From assembly GCA_038065095.1 (NCBI GenBank), contig JBBTRR010000006.1:84713-148712 (forward strand): DNA of 64,000 bases. The letters run 5' to 3'. This DNA comes from Patescibacteria group bacterium. GTDB taxonomy: Bacteria > Patescibacteriota > Minisyncoccia > JACQLN01. Shown here one piece after another: positions 47,410 to 57,275 of this stretch (positions within the stretch are counted from its first letter, which is position 1; every line of letters starts with the position of its first letter). The notes under the pieces were generated by a model. It was given only the letters and a program-made list of their open reading frames with translations. It made no database searches and was not told the DNA's origin. Both the position numbers and the translations under genes were made by a program.

Positions 47410-48201
47410 TCATATAAGTCCCATAGGACCTATTTTTTCTTGTGCGGCTTCGCGGTATTTACAAAAATCACAATCTTCACCAGTTTCTGGAATAGTTGGA
47501 GACATTAAGCATTTATGTAGATCTAAAATAACTTGTTCTATCCAATTATCATTGCCTTGGTAAGCTAAAACAGAAATATCAAACTCTAATTTAGAATCAA
47601 AAGCTTCGGCATCGGTCTTACCATTACAATAAACAAAATAAGCGGTATTGCTAACATTAAAATTGTTCCGCCTAAAAAGCCATTGGTAAATCTCTACCTG
47701 TCTTTTATAACCTATTTGCCAATCGGCATCTAAATTAACATCGCCATCTTTAGAAGTTGCTTTGTAATCAACAATAATAAACTCGCCCTTGGTATTTACC
47801 CAAACATCGTCCACGCCACCAGTTATAAACAAATTTGTTTTTGGATGCAAATATGTAATACCTCCGCTTAGCGCATCACGCCAATCATCCATTTGTGTGT
47901 GATTAAGCGGAACTGCTTCTATATTATAGCTTTTCATTAAAGGGTGTGCCGTGCCTTGGGCGCGATGAACATCAAACTCTTTTTTTAAAAGTTTATCCAC
48001 AGCGCTGTTTAAGCTAAACGGATACCCTGGCGGTTGGCTCACGCCCAAACGCCTATCTAAATAAAAACAGCGAGAGCAATTTAAAAACAAATCTATTTTA
48101 GAACGGCTTAAGCGAAAAGGTTGGGTTGATTTGGGATCAAATAAATTTCTAGCTCTTTTGGGATTATAGTATTTGGACATAACAGAAACTATAAAACACA
48201 A
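47410..48201 (-). CDS. PD-(D/E)XK nuclease-superfamily protein with Cas4-like Cys cluster
   Basis: 263 aa; N-terminal C.RC and C-terminal CDFCKY cysteines (Fe-S-like), GGVDDVW...FIIVDYKATS matching D..(D/E)xK. Confidence 0.5.
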   Translation of the reverse strand: MCFIVSVMSKYYNPKRARNLFDPKSTQPFRLSRSKIDLFLNCSRCFYLDRRLGVSQPPGYPFSLNSAVDKLLKKEFDVHRAQGTAHPLMKSYNIEAVPLNHTQMDDWRDALSGGITYLHPKTNLFITGGVDDVWVNTKGEFIIVDYKATSKDGDVNLDADWQIGYKRQVEIYQWLFRRNNFNVSNTAYFVYCNGKTDAEAFDSKLEFDISVLAYQGNDNWIEQVILDLHKCLMSPTIPETGEDCDFCKYREAAQEKIGPMGLI

Positions 48202-48291
48202 AAGAACAAATTACAAACAGTTACCAAAAAACAATAAACAAAGTCTAGTTCTTGTGTTTTTTATTATTGTGTTTTATTTGTAATTTGTATA

Positions 48292-49356
48292 TTGTGCTTT
48301 GTAATTTATAATATCATTATGCGTCTTTTGATATATATTCTAATAATATTGTCGGCAGTAACTTTTTTTGTTTACAAACAAGAAAGTAATCTTCCCCTTT
48401 CTCCTGTTTCGCCCCCTTCCACCCCTTTGTATAAAACAGCCACATCTACACCAAATAATACTGCTTCCACAACTTCAACACCCCTTTCTCCCATTACCCC
48501 CATTTCTCCCTCTTTGATTAAACCCAAATCTCAACCGGTTTTAGATAAAAAAGCTATAGATTTAATCCAACAAAAAATAAACGAAACCCCTCCCGCACCC
48601 CTTCCTCCCATTTCTGCCCCTTTGACTCAATCTGCCCTGCCACCCAGACTAAGCCAACAAGTGCTTTACGACAAAGCTGTTTCACGCGTGGTTAACTTTT
48701 TTTGCGAATACAATAACGGAGTAGAAACAGCTTCGGGTGTAATAATAAGTTCTAATGGCTATATTTTAACCAACGCTCATGTGGCCGAAGCCTTTGTTAA
48801 TCAAAACTACGAATGTAAAATCCGCCAAGGCTCACCAGCCCGAAACATCGGCTACGCCAAAATTGTTATGTTTCCAAAAGCTTACACGAGTTCCGGCGGA
48901 AACAGTTGGGAAGGACACGCCAACGATGTTTCTATTTGGAAATTTACTCGTTCTGCAAACAGTGACGAAGCCTTGCCCAAAGAATTTCCATACTATTCTA
49001 TAGATCCAAATTATTTGCCTAAAAAAGATCAACCACTTGCCACCTTCAGTTATCCTGGTGAACTTTTAGGCTACGAAATATTGTTAAAAAGTTTAAATAT
49101 GCTTTTTGGCGAAACAATAGTTAACGATTTTAATGCCGACTTTATTGCTTCGGGAATGAGCTTGTCTTCGCAATCAGGTTCCTCGGGTGGAATCTTGGTT
49201 GATATTTATACCAATAATTTTGCCGGTTTAATTTTTGGAGTTACCACCGACACCTCTATAAACCAACGCAAACTTTTTTCTCTTTCCCCTTACGCGGTTA
49301 ACCAAGTGGTTAAAAATGAAACAGGTTTTAACTTGGTGGATTTCCTAAATCAATAA
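48292..49356 (+). CDS. Trypsin-like (S1) serine protease with N-terminal TM and Pro/Ser/Thr-rich linker
   Basis: 354 aa; catalytic His motif LTNAHVAE, Asp (ANDVSIW), Ser motif QSGSSGGILVD. Confidence 0.7.
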   Translation: MCFVIYNIIMRLLIYILIILSAVTFFVYKQESNLPLSPVSPPSTPLYKTATSTPNNTASTTSTPLSPITPISPSLIKPKSQPVLDKKAIDLIQQKINETPPAPLPPISAPLTQSALPPRLSQQVLYDKAVSRVVNFFCEYNNGVETASGVIISSNGYILTNAHVAEAFVNQNYECKIRQGSPARNIGYAKIVMFPKAYTSSGGNSWEGHANDVSIWKFTRSANSDEALPKEFPYYSIDPNYLPKKDQPLATFSYPGELLGYEILLKSLNMLFGETIVNDFNADFIASGMSLSSQSGSSGGILVDIYTNNFAGLIFGVTTDTSINQRKLFSLSPYAVNQVVKNETGFNLVDFLNQ

Positions 49357-49432
49357 ACTAGTGCAATTAACCAAGGCTAAACCTTGGAGAAATTCGTTAT
49401 ATAATTCTAAGATTCTCCTAAACTTTTAACGT

Positions 49433-49458
49433 ATCACGAGCTTACGATCGTAAGCTCG
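49433..49458. promoter_or_regulatory. 26-bp perfect palindrome cacgagcttacgatcgtaagctcgtg upstream of 49510 gene
   Basis: Perfect dyad; partner dyad cttgagcttacgatcgtaagctcaag at 50084-50109 immediately downstream of the same gene. Confidence 0.5.
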
Positions 49459-49509
49459 TGATACTCTCATGATACAATTACGATAATTGGTGATTAAATA
49501 AAATGAGTT

Positions 49510-50082
49510 ATGTCTAATTTTGGAAAGAAAATAAAAAGATTAGGTCCCAATCAACAAAAAACATTGCTACTAATTTTTGCGGGCATAGGCTTAAGTTTTG
49601 CCAGAACCCCCAAACAATACTTCCGAATTTTGCGAGAAATACCAAAGGAATGGAAGGAAATTAATAAAAGATCTCTAGAAAGAGTTATTTATAATCTCTA
49701 CCAATCCAAACTTATCCGCGAACACGCCAATCCCGATGGTTCTTTAACTATGGTACTTACCGATAAAGGTAAGCAAAAGGTTATCACTTTTAATATAGAC
49801 AATATGGAAATAAAGAAACCTAAGGTCTGGGATAAAAAGTGGCGAATAGTATTGTTTGATATTCCAGAAAAGAAAAGGCAAGCTAGGGATGTGTTAAGAG
49901 AAGCCTTAAAAAGAATGAATTTTTATGAATATCAAAAAAGTGTTTTTATTCATCCTTATCCCTGCCAAGATGAAATAGATTATATAGTTGAATATTACGA
50001 AATCAGGCAATACGTGAGAATAGTTACTGCTACGGAGCTGGATAATGAGATACACTTAAGGAAGATATTCAACGTGTCTTGA
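49510..50082 (+). CDS. wHTH + Cas2-like-fold protein (PaaX-like regulator architecture), hypothetical
   Basis: 190 aa; N-terminal wHTH-like; C-terminal WRIVLFDIPEKKRQARDVLREALKRMNFYEYQKSVFIHP resembles Cas2/PaaX C-domain; no CRISPR array seen. Confidence 0.4.
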   Translation: MSNFGKKIKRLGPNQQKTLLLIFAGIGLSFARTPKQYFRILREIPKEWKEINKRSLERVIYNLYQSKLIREHANPDGSLTMVLTDKGKQKVITFNIDNMEIKKPKVWDKKWRIVLFDIPEKKRQARDVLREALKRMNFYEYQKSVFIHPYPCQDEIDYIVEYYEIRQYVRIVTATELDNEIHLRKIFNVS

Positions 50083-50083
50083 G

Positions 50084-50109
50084 CTTACGATCGTAAGCTC
50101 AAGACACTG
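50084..50109. promoter_or_regulatory. 26-bp perfect palindrome cttgagcttacgatcgtaagctcaag (partner of 49433-49458)
   Basis: Shares 20-bp core gagcttacgatcgtaagctc with upstream copy. Confidence 0.5.
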
Positions 50110-50218
50110 ATATGTATATATTAATTACATATCAATAACTGACTTTAAAATAAAATATTGGCGTTACGTAGTACCAGTGATACAATTAAAACAATTATTA
50201 ACTAGCAACTATAAATAA

Positions 50219-53200
50219 ATGTCTTTAGAAAATAATGCCGAAAAATCTAAAAACTCTTTAGGTGATGCTCTATCGCCAGAAGCCTTGGAAGGAATGCAAG
50301 AACAGGCAGAAACTAACTTGAAAGCAAAATTAGAAGAACTAAGAATGGCGGTAGAAGAAGATATAAACGCAACAAAAGAAGAAACAGGAGTTTTTAATTT
50401 TAAGGCATATCCCGAATATCTACGAATTCGATTTGGTCTCGATTCACTTTTAAGAGAAATAACGAACGGAACCCCTTCGGACGAAAATTTAAAAAGATAT
50501 TCGGAAGAATATAAAGAACTATCTAAACAACTTGTATCTGCCATAGAAAAAATTGAATCCGTAAGAGCAGAAAGTACCTCTCCGTCAACCGAGGTTAAAG
50601 CAGATAATCCAGAAATCGTTACACCCGAACCTCCAACCGAAACCGAACCCCCTGCTCAAACCCAAGAACCTGCAAAAGAAAAAAAGGCTCCTATGGTTCG
50701 GGAAACAAGAGATAAAGAAATAATAGAAAAAGTAGAAGCAGAATCTAAAGAAAAACAAATAGAACAGCTATCTTTAGCGATTGAAAGATTACACGACCAA
50801 AGATCTAAACTAGAAAGTATTTTAGCCAAACCAGATTTATCTGCAGATAAGAGAGGGTTGATTGGAAGAGCTATAAAAGAAACTGAACAACTATCAGAAA
50901 AAGCAAGTACACTAAAAAAGGATGAGGTCGTAAATCAAAACGAAATTGAAAGGCTTTGGGCTAGAGTTGAAAAAAACTTCGATATAATATCTGCTGAAAT
51001 AAATGAAATAACGATCCCACCAGAAAACTTGCCAATAGAATCATCGCCCGAAGGAGATCGTATGACTCAAGAGCTGGAACAGAGATTACGAGAAGCAAAA
51101 GAACCAGCAGAAAAAATGGATATAGACCTAGGAGAAAAAGCACCTAATAGGTTTGAGGTTTCCGAAGAAGCAAAAAGTTTAATTACCGAAATGGAACAAA
51201 CCAAAGACAAGCTAGACAAAATATTGCTTGAGGATTTTGATATACCTTCGGATCTTGGTGAACAATTAAATACCGAACAACGCAGATTAGGTGGTTTGAT
51301 TGAATTCCTTGCTAAAGATAATAGCCAAACTCTTTTAGATAAAGCTAGAGAGGAAATTAAAATTGCGCAAAAAGCTATTGAAAAGTACAAAGCGCAACCA
51401 GCAGAAAAAATGGATTTAAATCTTGAGGTAAAAGAACTCCTTTCTCCTCCCCCGCTTTTTGAGATTACTCCAGAAGAAAAAAGACACGAAGAAAGGCTTA
51501 AACTTCAACAGTTAGTTAACGAAGCTTTCAAGCTGTACCAAGAAAATTTAAACACTAGAGACAGCGGTGATCCTAAAAAAGCTTCCGATGATTTAGTTAG
51601 AGAAGCTGTTAGCTATTTGATTGATAAAGCAGTTGCCAATGGAATTTTAGAATCTAAAGAAGCTGTAACAGAACTTAAAAGAAAAATAATTGAATCGCAA
51701 GGGTCAAAAGAAGATGAGATTAGGGATAATACACCTTTTGATAAAGCAAACTTTCCACTTTTAGCAGAAGAAGAAGCGCATAATGAGAATGAAAATAGAG
51801 ATGCCAGTAAATCGGCTAAAGGAGAAATTCCAAAAGAATTAATAAAACCAAAACTTGAAGAAAAAGAACCTTCAACTCAAGAATTATCCCCAGAAGAAAA
51901 AACTAAGGCTAAAGAAATAGCTAAAGAGCTTTTTAAGTTACATCAAGAATTGTCTCAAAATGAAAAAACAGATACGGATATGTTTTTTGTTTCCAATGAA
52001 ATAGACAAAAAAGTGAAAGAAATGGCTCCTGACAATGAAAAACTCCAAAGTGAAATCCTCCAGGAATTACTTAATATGCTCGATCATCGAGAAGACGTAG
52101 AAAGTGAAAATAGGAGCGCTAACTTTTCTGAAGGAGAAATTCCGAAAGAAGTTATAGATGCACTTAATAAAGTAGAAACCATAGAAGACGTAGAAAAACT
52201 ACCCGAAGAAACTAAAGAAAAAATGGCTAAAGGTTTTGAAACTTGGGACTTAAGGGTAGACGCATTTAAAGATAAGCAGTGGTCCAACATATTCAGAGGC
52301 GTTTCTAAGTTGTTTAAAGAAGGTGGCGATGAAAATCGCTTGTTTGTAAATATAAAAAATAGCTTCTTACGTAGCCGCGAAAAATCAAAAGAGAAAATAG
52401 AAAATATTACCGACGGAAAAATGGCCAAAGCCACAAGCGCATTTATGTTAGCTGGAAATGTTTTACGTTATGGCAGAGGCATAATGGACGCCACGGGAAT
52501 GAGTGTGGTTAACCCGTTAAAATGGGTTACTTGGGGTTCTATGGCTTTATCTAGATTCGGCGAAGGCGTAAAAGAATTAGGCGCGGAACAAGCAACAAAA
52601 GAAAGCTTGCTAGACCAAGAAGAAGCTTTTGCTCAGGCTATTAAAATATATGAAAAAGCTGGTGGAACTTACAGCACAGAAGAAGGTGGTAAAGGTACCA
52701 CTAGAACAGCCTTAAAAACTGCTTACTACCAAGATGTTCCAAAAGATTTAATAAGGCGTTTAGAATCTAGAACTCCCGACGAAAAAAGAACAACACTGGA
52801 AAAGTTTTCCGAAAATTTAATGAATTTTCGTGTAGAAAAATCTATAAGAAACACCCAAAAAAAATTAGAAGAAATAGAAAAAAGTTCCTTAACCGAAGCA
52901 GAAAAAGAACAAAAAAGAACCGAGGTTATTAAAAAATATGAAACACTCTTAAGAGACTACGACAGAATAATAGACGAAAACGGACAAATAAATATACTAG
53001 CCATGGTCGGCAAAAGAATGGAAAGTATAAGTAAATATGTTGTTACAGCTATGACGCTAGAAACCTTAGCCGAACTTCCTTTTGCCGTTGAAAAAATGTG
53101 GGATCACGCCTCGCAAATTTTAGGTCAGCACACTGAAGCCGATACCGCTGCCGCTTTTCAAGCACTTGAATCTCAAATAGGTATAAATTCCGCAGACGGG

Positions 53201-54397
53201 TTAGATAAAACTGAAATTTTACAAGTAACTAAAGCAATAAAAGATCTTGAAGGTGCTGGATATTCAGATCAAGCTGAATCAGTTAGAGAACATTATGCAC
53301 CTATAATGGCGGAGATATTAGGACAAAGCTCAAACACAACAACAACCGAAGTTCCAACTGGCTTAACCAAAACAGAAGTTGAAGAAACTATAAAAACAAT
53401 AAACAACCTTAAAACTTCCGAGCCTGAAAGAGCTAAAGGATTATTAGAATTTTATGCCAATAGTAAAGTTGAAGGCTCTAACTTACCTTTTAAAGATTTT
53501 GTCGAACATCCAGAAAAATTACAAGATATTAAGGTTGGTGCTGTTATTGGAGAAGCGTTAAAACCTTTCCGTTTTGAAAACCCAATAGCTGGCAATCAAG
53601 ATTCTATTTGGTTCTCTACCGAACAAAGTTTTAGAATGAATCCAGATCGCTTTGGTTACGATGCTTCTAAAGATGGTTCTGTAAACGAATGGGCTAAACA
53701 CAAAACTGCCGAAGCCCTTAAAGAATTAGCCGATAAAAAATTCGGCGGTAAAATGCCCGACCTTGTTCACGATGGCGACAAAGTTATTGTGGAAATAGAC
53801 ACCGATGGCAAAGCTCACGTAAATTTTGAAAATTCTTCTGGCATGCCTGCTGGCAATTTACCAGAAAAACCTGCTTTAGAAATTGGAAAACCAGAAACAC
53901 AATCTGTTGAACAAGCTTGGCAAAATGCACCCACAGATTCCCGCGATGCTATTGTGCGCCAATTTATTACCAAAGAAATGGCCACGCCAGAATATCAAGC
54001 TGGAAATTTTCCTAAGCCAAACGCAGAAAGAATAGAAACTTATGCCAAAATGTTTAGAGGTGAATGGGATAAAATAGACACCCCAGAAAAACTAGCTCAA
54101 TCTTTATTTGAATTTGATAATAGAGTTAAAGAATATACTGCTTTAATCTTGGGAGGTAAATTCGATAAAAATATTGATCCTGTATCTTTCCAACAACTTA
54201 AAGCAAATATATTTCCTATTGAAGGCAAAAGTGGAAAATTATATTTTACTCAATTTGTAGACGAAGGCAAATGGCAATTATTCCAACAAGATGCCCAAGG
54301 CATTACTAAACAACTAGACCGCAAAAAAGGATTCCTTGGAGGCAAAACACAGGTGTTTGATACCATGCATGTTAGAAAGTTTTTGAGAGGTCACTAA
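50219..54397 (+). CDS. Large (1392 aa) Glu/Lys-rich coiled-coil protein with globular C-terminal half, function unknown
   Basis: N-terminal ~750 aa strongly charged heptad-like; no TM/signal peptide evident. Confidence 0.5.
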   Translation: MSLENNAEKSKNSLGDALSPEALEGMQEQAETNLKAKLEELRMAVEEDINATKEETGVFNFKAYPEYLRIRFGLDSLLREITNGTPSDENLKRYSEEYKELSKQLVSAIEKIESVRAESTSPSTEVKADNPEIVTPEPPTETEPPAQTQEPAKEKKAPMVRETRDKEIIEKVEAESKEKQIEQLSLAIERLHDQRSKLESILAKPDLSADKRGLIGRAIKETEQLSEKASTLKKDEVVNQNEIERLWARVEKNFDIISAEINEITIPPENLPIESSPEGDRMTQELEQRLREAKEPAEKMDIDLGEKAPNRFEVSEEAKSLITEMEQTKDKLDKILLEDFDIPSDLGEQLNTEQRRLGGLIEFLAKDNSQTLLDKAREEIKIAQKAIEKYKAQPAEKMDLNLEVKELLSPPPLFEITPEEKRHEERLKLQQLVNEAFKLYQENLNTRDSGDPKKASDDLVREAVSYLIDKAVANGILESKEAVTELKRKIIESQGSKEDEIRDNTPFDKANFPLLAEEEAHNENENRDASKSAKGEIPKELIKPKLEEKEPSTQELSPEEKTKAKEIAKELFKLHQELSQNEKTDTDMFFVSNEIDKKVKEMAPDNEKLQSEILQELLNMLDHREDVESENRSANFSEGEIPKEVIDALNKVETIEDVEKLPEETKEKMAKGFETWDLRVDAFKDKQWSNIFRGVSKLFKEGGDENRLFVNIKNSFLRSREKSKEKIENITDGKMAKATSAFMLAGNVLRYGRGIMDATGMSVVNPLKWVTWGSMALSRFGEGVKELGAEQATKESLLDQEEAFAQAIKIYEKAGGTYSTEEGGKGTTRTALKTAYYQDVPKDLIRRLESRTPDEKRTTLEKFSENLMNFRVEKSIRNTQKKLEEIEKSSLTEAEKEQKRTEVIKKYETLLRDYDRIIDENGQINILAMVGKRMESISKYVVTAMTLETLAELPFAVEKMWDHASQILGQHTEADTAAAFQALESQIGINSADGLDKTEILQVTKAIKDLEGAGYSDQAESVREHYAPIMAEILGQSSNTTTTEVPTGLTKTEVEETIKTINNLKTSEPERAKGLLEFYANSKVEGSNLPFKDFVEHPEKLQDIKVGAVIGEALKPFRFENPIAGNQDSIWFSTEQSFRMNPDRFGYDASKDGSVNEWAKHKTAEALKELADKKFGGKMPDLVHDGDKVIVEIDTDGKAHVNFENSSGMPAGNLPEKPALEIGKPETQSVEQAWQNAPTDSRDAIVRQFITKEMATPEYQAGNFPKPNAERIETYAKMFRGEWDKIDTPEKLAQSLFEFDNRVKEYTALILGGKFDKNIDPVSFQQLKANIFPIEGKSGKLYFTQFVDEGKWQLFQQDAQGITKQLDRKKGFLGGKTQVFDTMHVRKFLRGH

Positions 54398-54402
54398 TTA
54401 AA

Positions 54403-54465
54403 AAGGATCGTCCTTTTTAATGTTTGGATTAAAATAGACCCCCACACTCTTTGAGTGTGGGGGTT
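54403..54465 (+). terminator. Tandem rho-independent terminators
   Basis: aaaaaggatcgtccttttt and cccccacactctttgagtgtggggg hairpins with T-rich tails. Confidence 0.6.
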
Positions 54466-54478
54466 GTTCTGCAAGTTG

Positions 54479-54964
54479 TTATCTCCAAAAAAATCCTTTC
54501 CGTTGCTTTCCAGCGGAGCTGGCGACTTTTTTGTCGCTGATATTAGCCACCGCTTTGTGATCATCGAAGGCCTCGCGGAGAAGCTGAAGCTCACTCTCGG
54601 TAAAATCGGATTTTTGAGCAGTAATCTTGACGACCTGCTCAATCTTCTTCAGCTCGCCTACGGAAACCATGGACTTCTGAACATTGGACATCGCAATGCG
54701 CATGACCCTGACCGAATCGGCCAATGTTTTGGCCTGATTCATCAATTCCGCTTGCACATCGGTCCGGAGAATACTGTCGGCCTTGGATGCCGCCAAGACC
54801 AAACTGTCCTGCCTTGCGATGAGAAGGCTGTCTCCATGGAGCATATCCTGATAGACCAACTGCAGATCCACCGACAGATCAGGCGGAGTCCTGATGATGG
54901 CTACCAAAGCCAGTAAAATCGCTACCCCACTGATGATCCAGTTCGCATAAGCTTTCATAATCAA
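54479..54964 (-). CDS. Hypothetical membrane-anchored protein (161 aa) in higher-GC segment
   Basis: N-terminal TM WIISGVAILLALVAII; ~50% GC; opposite-strand ORF 54455..54916 considered less protein-like. Confidence 0.4.
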   Translation of the reverse strand: MIMKAYANWIISGVAILLALVAIIRTPPDLSVDLQLVYQDMLHGDSLLIARQDSLVLAASKADSILRTDVQAELMNQAKTLADSVRVMRIAMSNVQKSMVSVGELKKIEQVVKITAQKSDFTESELQLLREAFDDHKAVANISDKKVASSAGKQRKGFFWR

Positions 54965-55109
54965 ATCCTTTCTGTAAAGTTAGAAAGCAAACTACATGAT
55001 TTTTTAGAACTGTCTGTAGTATAGCACATAGCCTATATCTATGTCAAGCCAGCTTAACTAGCCAATAAACAACCCGCTCCAGTACTAGACCAAAACAGGA
55101 TTGCGTAAA

Positions 55110-55568
55110 CTAAGGTTCTACCCTACTTCTTTTTTCCCATATATAACTGATAAAAGAACTTGTATCAGGAGGCGTAGCAACAGAATCAGGTGGGATCACA
55201 GGTAATTTTTTGCTTATAGTATCGGGCTTAGAAACACCCGAAACTACGGCGAGAGATTTTTCATTTTTGGATTTATCTACAACCACCTTTTTATTAGCAA
55301 GCAATTCTAAACGCAACTTACTATTCTCTGCTTTCAAAAAAATGTTATCGCGAGTCAAGTTAAAAATAGAATCACGCAAAGATAAAATAAATATTTCTTG
55401 CGTTTTAAACATCTCATCCATAAGCTTATACTCTGTATTTATTGAATCAGCCAAAGCCACAGCTTCATCCAACTTCAATTCCAAATCCTTAACCTTGGAA
55501 TCAAGGTCATTGCACGATACTACAAGAGCAAACAGGAAAATGAAACCAAAAACTTTTAGCACTTCCAT
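55110..55568 (-). CDS. Putative lipoprotein with coiled coil (152 aa)
   Basis: Signal peptide + lipobox LVVSC. Confidence 0.45.
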   Translation of the reverse strand: MEVLKVFGFIFLFALVVSCNDLDSKVKDLELKLDEAVALADSINTEYKLMDEMFKTQEIFILSLRDSIFNLTRDNIFLKAENSKLRLELLANKKVVVDKSKNEKSLAVVSGVSKPDTISKKLPVIPPDSVATPPDTSSFISYIWEKRSRVEP

Positions 55569-55729
55569 GGTAATTCTCCTTGTTTAAGTTAGATTAGAAA
55601 GGACTAATCAGTTTTTAGCACAATAAAATAACTTAGTCAAACGTAACTATAAACCACGATCGTGAATAGAGTTACTAATAATTTGGTTTAGAAATATAAA
55701 ACAGGCACGTGTTTATGTGCCTGTTAAAA

Positions 55730-56083
55730 CTACTTCTCTTGTAGCCTTTCCCGAAGCTCCCTCACCTTTTTTGCTTCAGGAGATTCGGCTTTCGTTTTTG
55801 AAACACCAGAATCCTCACCAACCATAACAGATATCGTAGCTGTTTTATGGCTAGAAAGAAAATAGTAAACAGTGAGTATGCCTGTCAAAAAAAGACAGAC
55901 AACAACCGCAATTAGAATATGCGTTATGTTGTAACTCACTACAACCACTTTCTTTTTGATTCTGGGTTTTTTCAGGAGAGCTTCCAAATCCCTTTTGCTT
56001 TCCTCAAAAAAATCTTCCAAAGGCTTTAGGGAATTTGAATCATCCTTGTTCTTCCTTGAAATTCTTTCAAAAATTCCTCCCAT
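55730..56083 (-). CDS. Hypothetical membrane protein (117 aa)
   Basis: Single TM ILIAVVVCLFLTGILTVYYFL. Confidence 0.35.
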   Translation of the reverse strand: MGGIFERISRKNKDDSNSLKPLEDFFEESKRDLEALLKKPRIKKKVVVVSYNITHILIAVVVCLFLTGILTVYYFLSSHKTATISVMVGEDSGVSKTKAESPEAKKVRELRERLQEK

Positions 56084-56098
56084 GGTAAACCATCCTGT

Positions 56099-56497
56099 TT
56101 ATGTGGTACTCACAGGAGTTTCCTGACGACTAGGTTCGCCATTCCTGCTCGGCAAAGTCGCCGACGTCTGAAGAGGAGTAGTAACTTCTCTTGCACCAGT
56201 GCCAGCTTCTATGGGCAATATCTTTGTGCCGCTACTAATCGCAAGATCCACAGTTGCATTCATAGCTTCAAAAGACGATTCTTCATCTAGTTGCCTTTGT
56301 TGCTCTTGCATATAGCGCACGTACTGATAAATATATACGATCATTCGCATATGAAGTTCTAGTGTTTTAAGAACGATACGCCGAAAAGTACGAGACGCTC
56401 CCGTAGCTTCTTTGCCTTCCTCATCTAACTTGCCCATCAAACTATCGGCAGACATTTTCATCTGATCGAAGTTTTCCTGACTCTTCTTTGATGCCAT
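56099..56497 (-). CDS. Hypothetical protein (132 aa)
   Basis: ORF only. Confidence 0.3.
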   Translation of the reverse strand: MASKKSQENFDQMKMSADSLMGKLDEEGKEATGASRTFRRIVLKTLELHMRMIVYIYQYVRYMQEQQRQLDEESSFEAMNATVDLAISSGTKILPIEAGTGAREVTTPLQTSATLPSRNGEPSRQETPVSTT

Positions 56498-56632
56498 TCC
56501 TGACTCCTTTGTGAGGGAAATAAAGTAATATATTAAAAGTGCTAAGTATAATATTAAAACATAAACAAAAAAAGGTCAACTAGGCATTGTGGTTCAATAC
56601 CTTGGCTGACCTTTTCTGATTTTAACAGCAAA

Positions 56633-56660
56633 CCCCACATATAAAATTTATATGTGGGGT
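56633..56660 (-). terminator. Hairpin terminator downstream of 5S rRNA
   Basis: ccccacatataaaatttatatgtgggg perfect hairpin followed by T-rich tail on minus strand. Confidence 0.5.
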
Positions 56661-56683
56661 AAAAAACTCCGTTTCAAAAAATT

Positions 56684-56795
56684 GGGCACTGACCTACTCT
56701 TCCAGACCATCAAGGATCTAGTACCATTGGCGCTAATGCGTTTCACTTCTCTGTTCGAAATGGGAAGAGGTGGGACCACATTGCTCAAAGCACCC
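56684..56795 (-). rRNA. 5S ribosomal RNA
   Basis: Minus-strand GGGTGCTTTGAGCAATGTGGTCCCACCTCTTCCCATTTCGAACAGAGAAGTGAAACGCATTAGCGCCAATGGTACTAG... matches 5S consensus (CCCATGCCGAACTCAGAAGTGAAACGCCGTAGCGCCGATGGTAGT); flanked by inverted repeat ccgtttcaaaaaatt/aatttttgaaacgg. Confidence 0.85.
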
Positions 56796-56935
56796 AAATT
56801 TTTGAAACGGAGCCTTCGTCTTTTAGAAGTAAGTTGCCAAAAGACAACCTACTTCTAAAAATGAAGTATAAAAACTGAATAACATTTAAAACGACATCAC
56901 AAAATCTTTAATCACAAACCCTTCTTCGCCCAGTA

Positions 56936-56967
56936 ACGTACATTCGTATGCGTTACTGGGCTACGAA
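56936..56967. other. Hairpin cccagtaacg-loop-cgttactggg 3' of 23S; near-identical copy 5' of 23S at 61750-61782
   Basis: 10-bp perfect stem, 12-nt loop tacattcgtatg; both copies flank the 23S gene. Confidence 0.5.
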
Positions 56968-57275
56968 GGGCAAGTTGCGATCTTAGTGCTTTCGTGAACA
57001 TGCTCGATTAGTACTCCTCGACTGAACACCTTACGGTGCTTACATCTAGAGCCTATCAACCTAGTCATCTTCTAGGGAGCTACGAGATCTAATCTTGAGG
57101 GAGGCTTCGCGCTTATATGCTTTCAGCGCTTATCCCGTCCGAACGCCGCTACTCAGCACTGCCACTGACGTGACAACTGATACACGGGAGGTTCGTTCCT
57201 TCCGGTCCTCTCGTACTAGGAAGAACTCCTCTCAAATCTCTACGCCTGCAGCAGATAAGGACCAACCTGTCTCAC

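Noticed and set aside
54455-54916. Plus-strand 153-aa ORF overlapping 54479..54964 (minus)
   Set aside because: The minus-strand ORF has a clear N-terminal TM and coiled-coil character; the plus ORF looks non-protein-like. Strand assignment remains uncertain.
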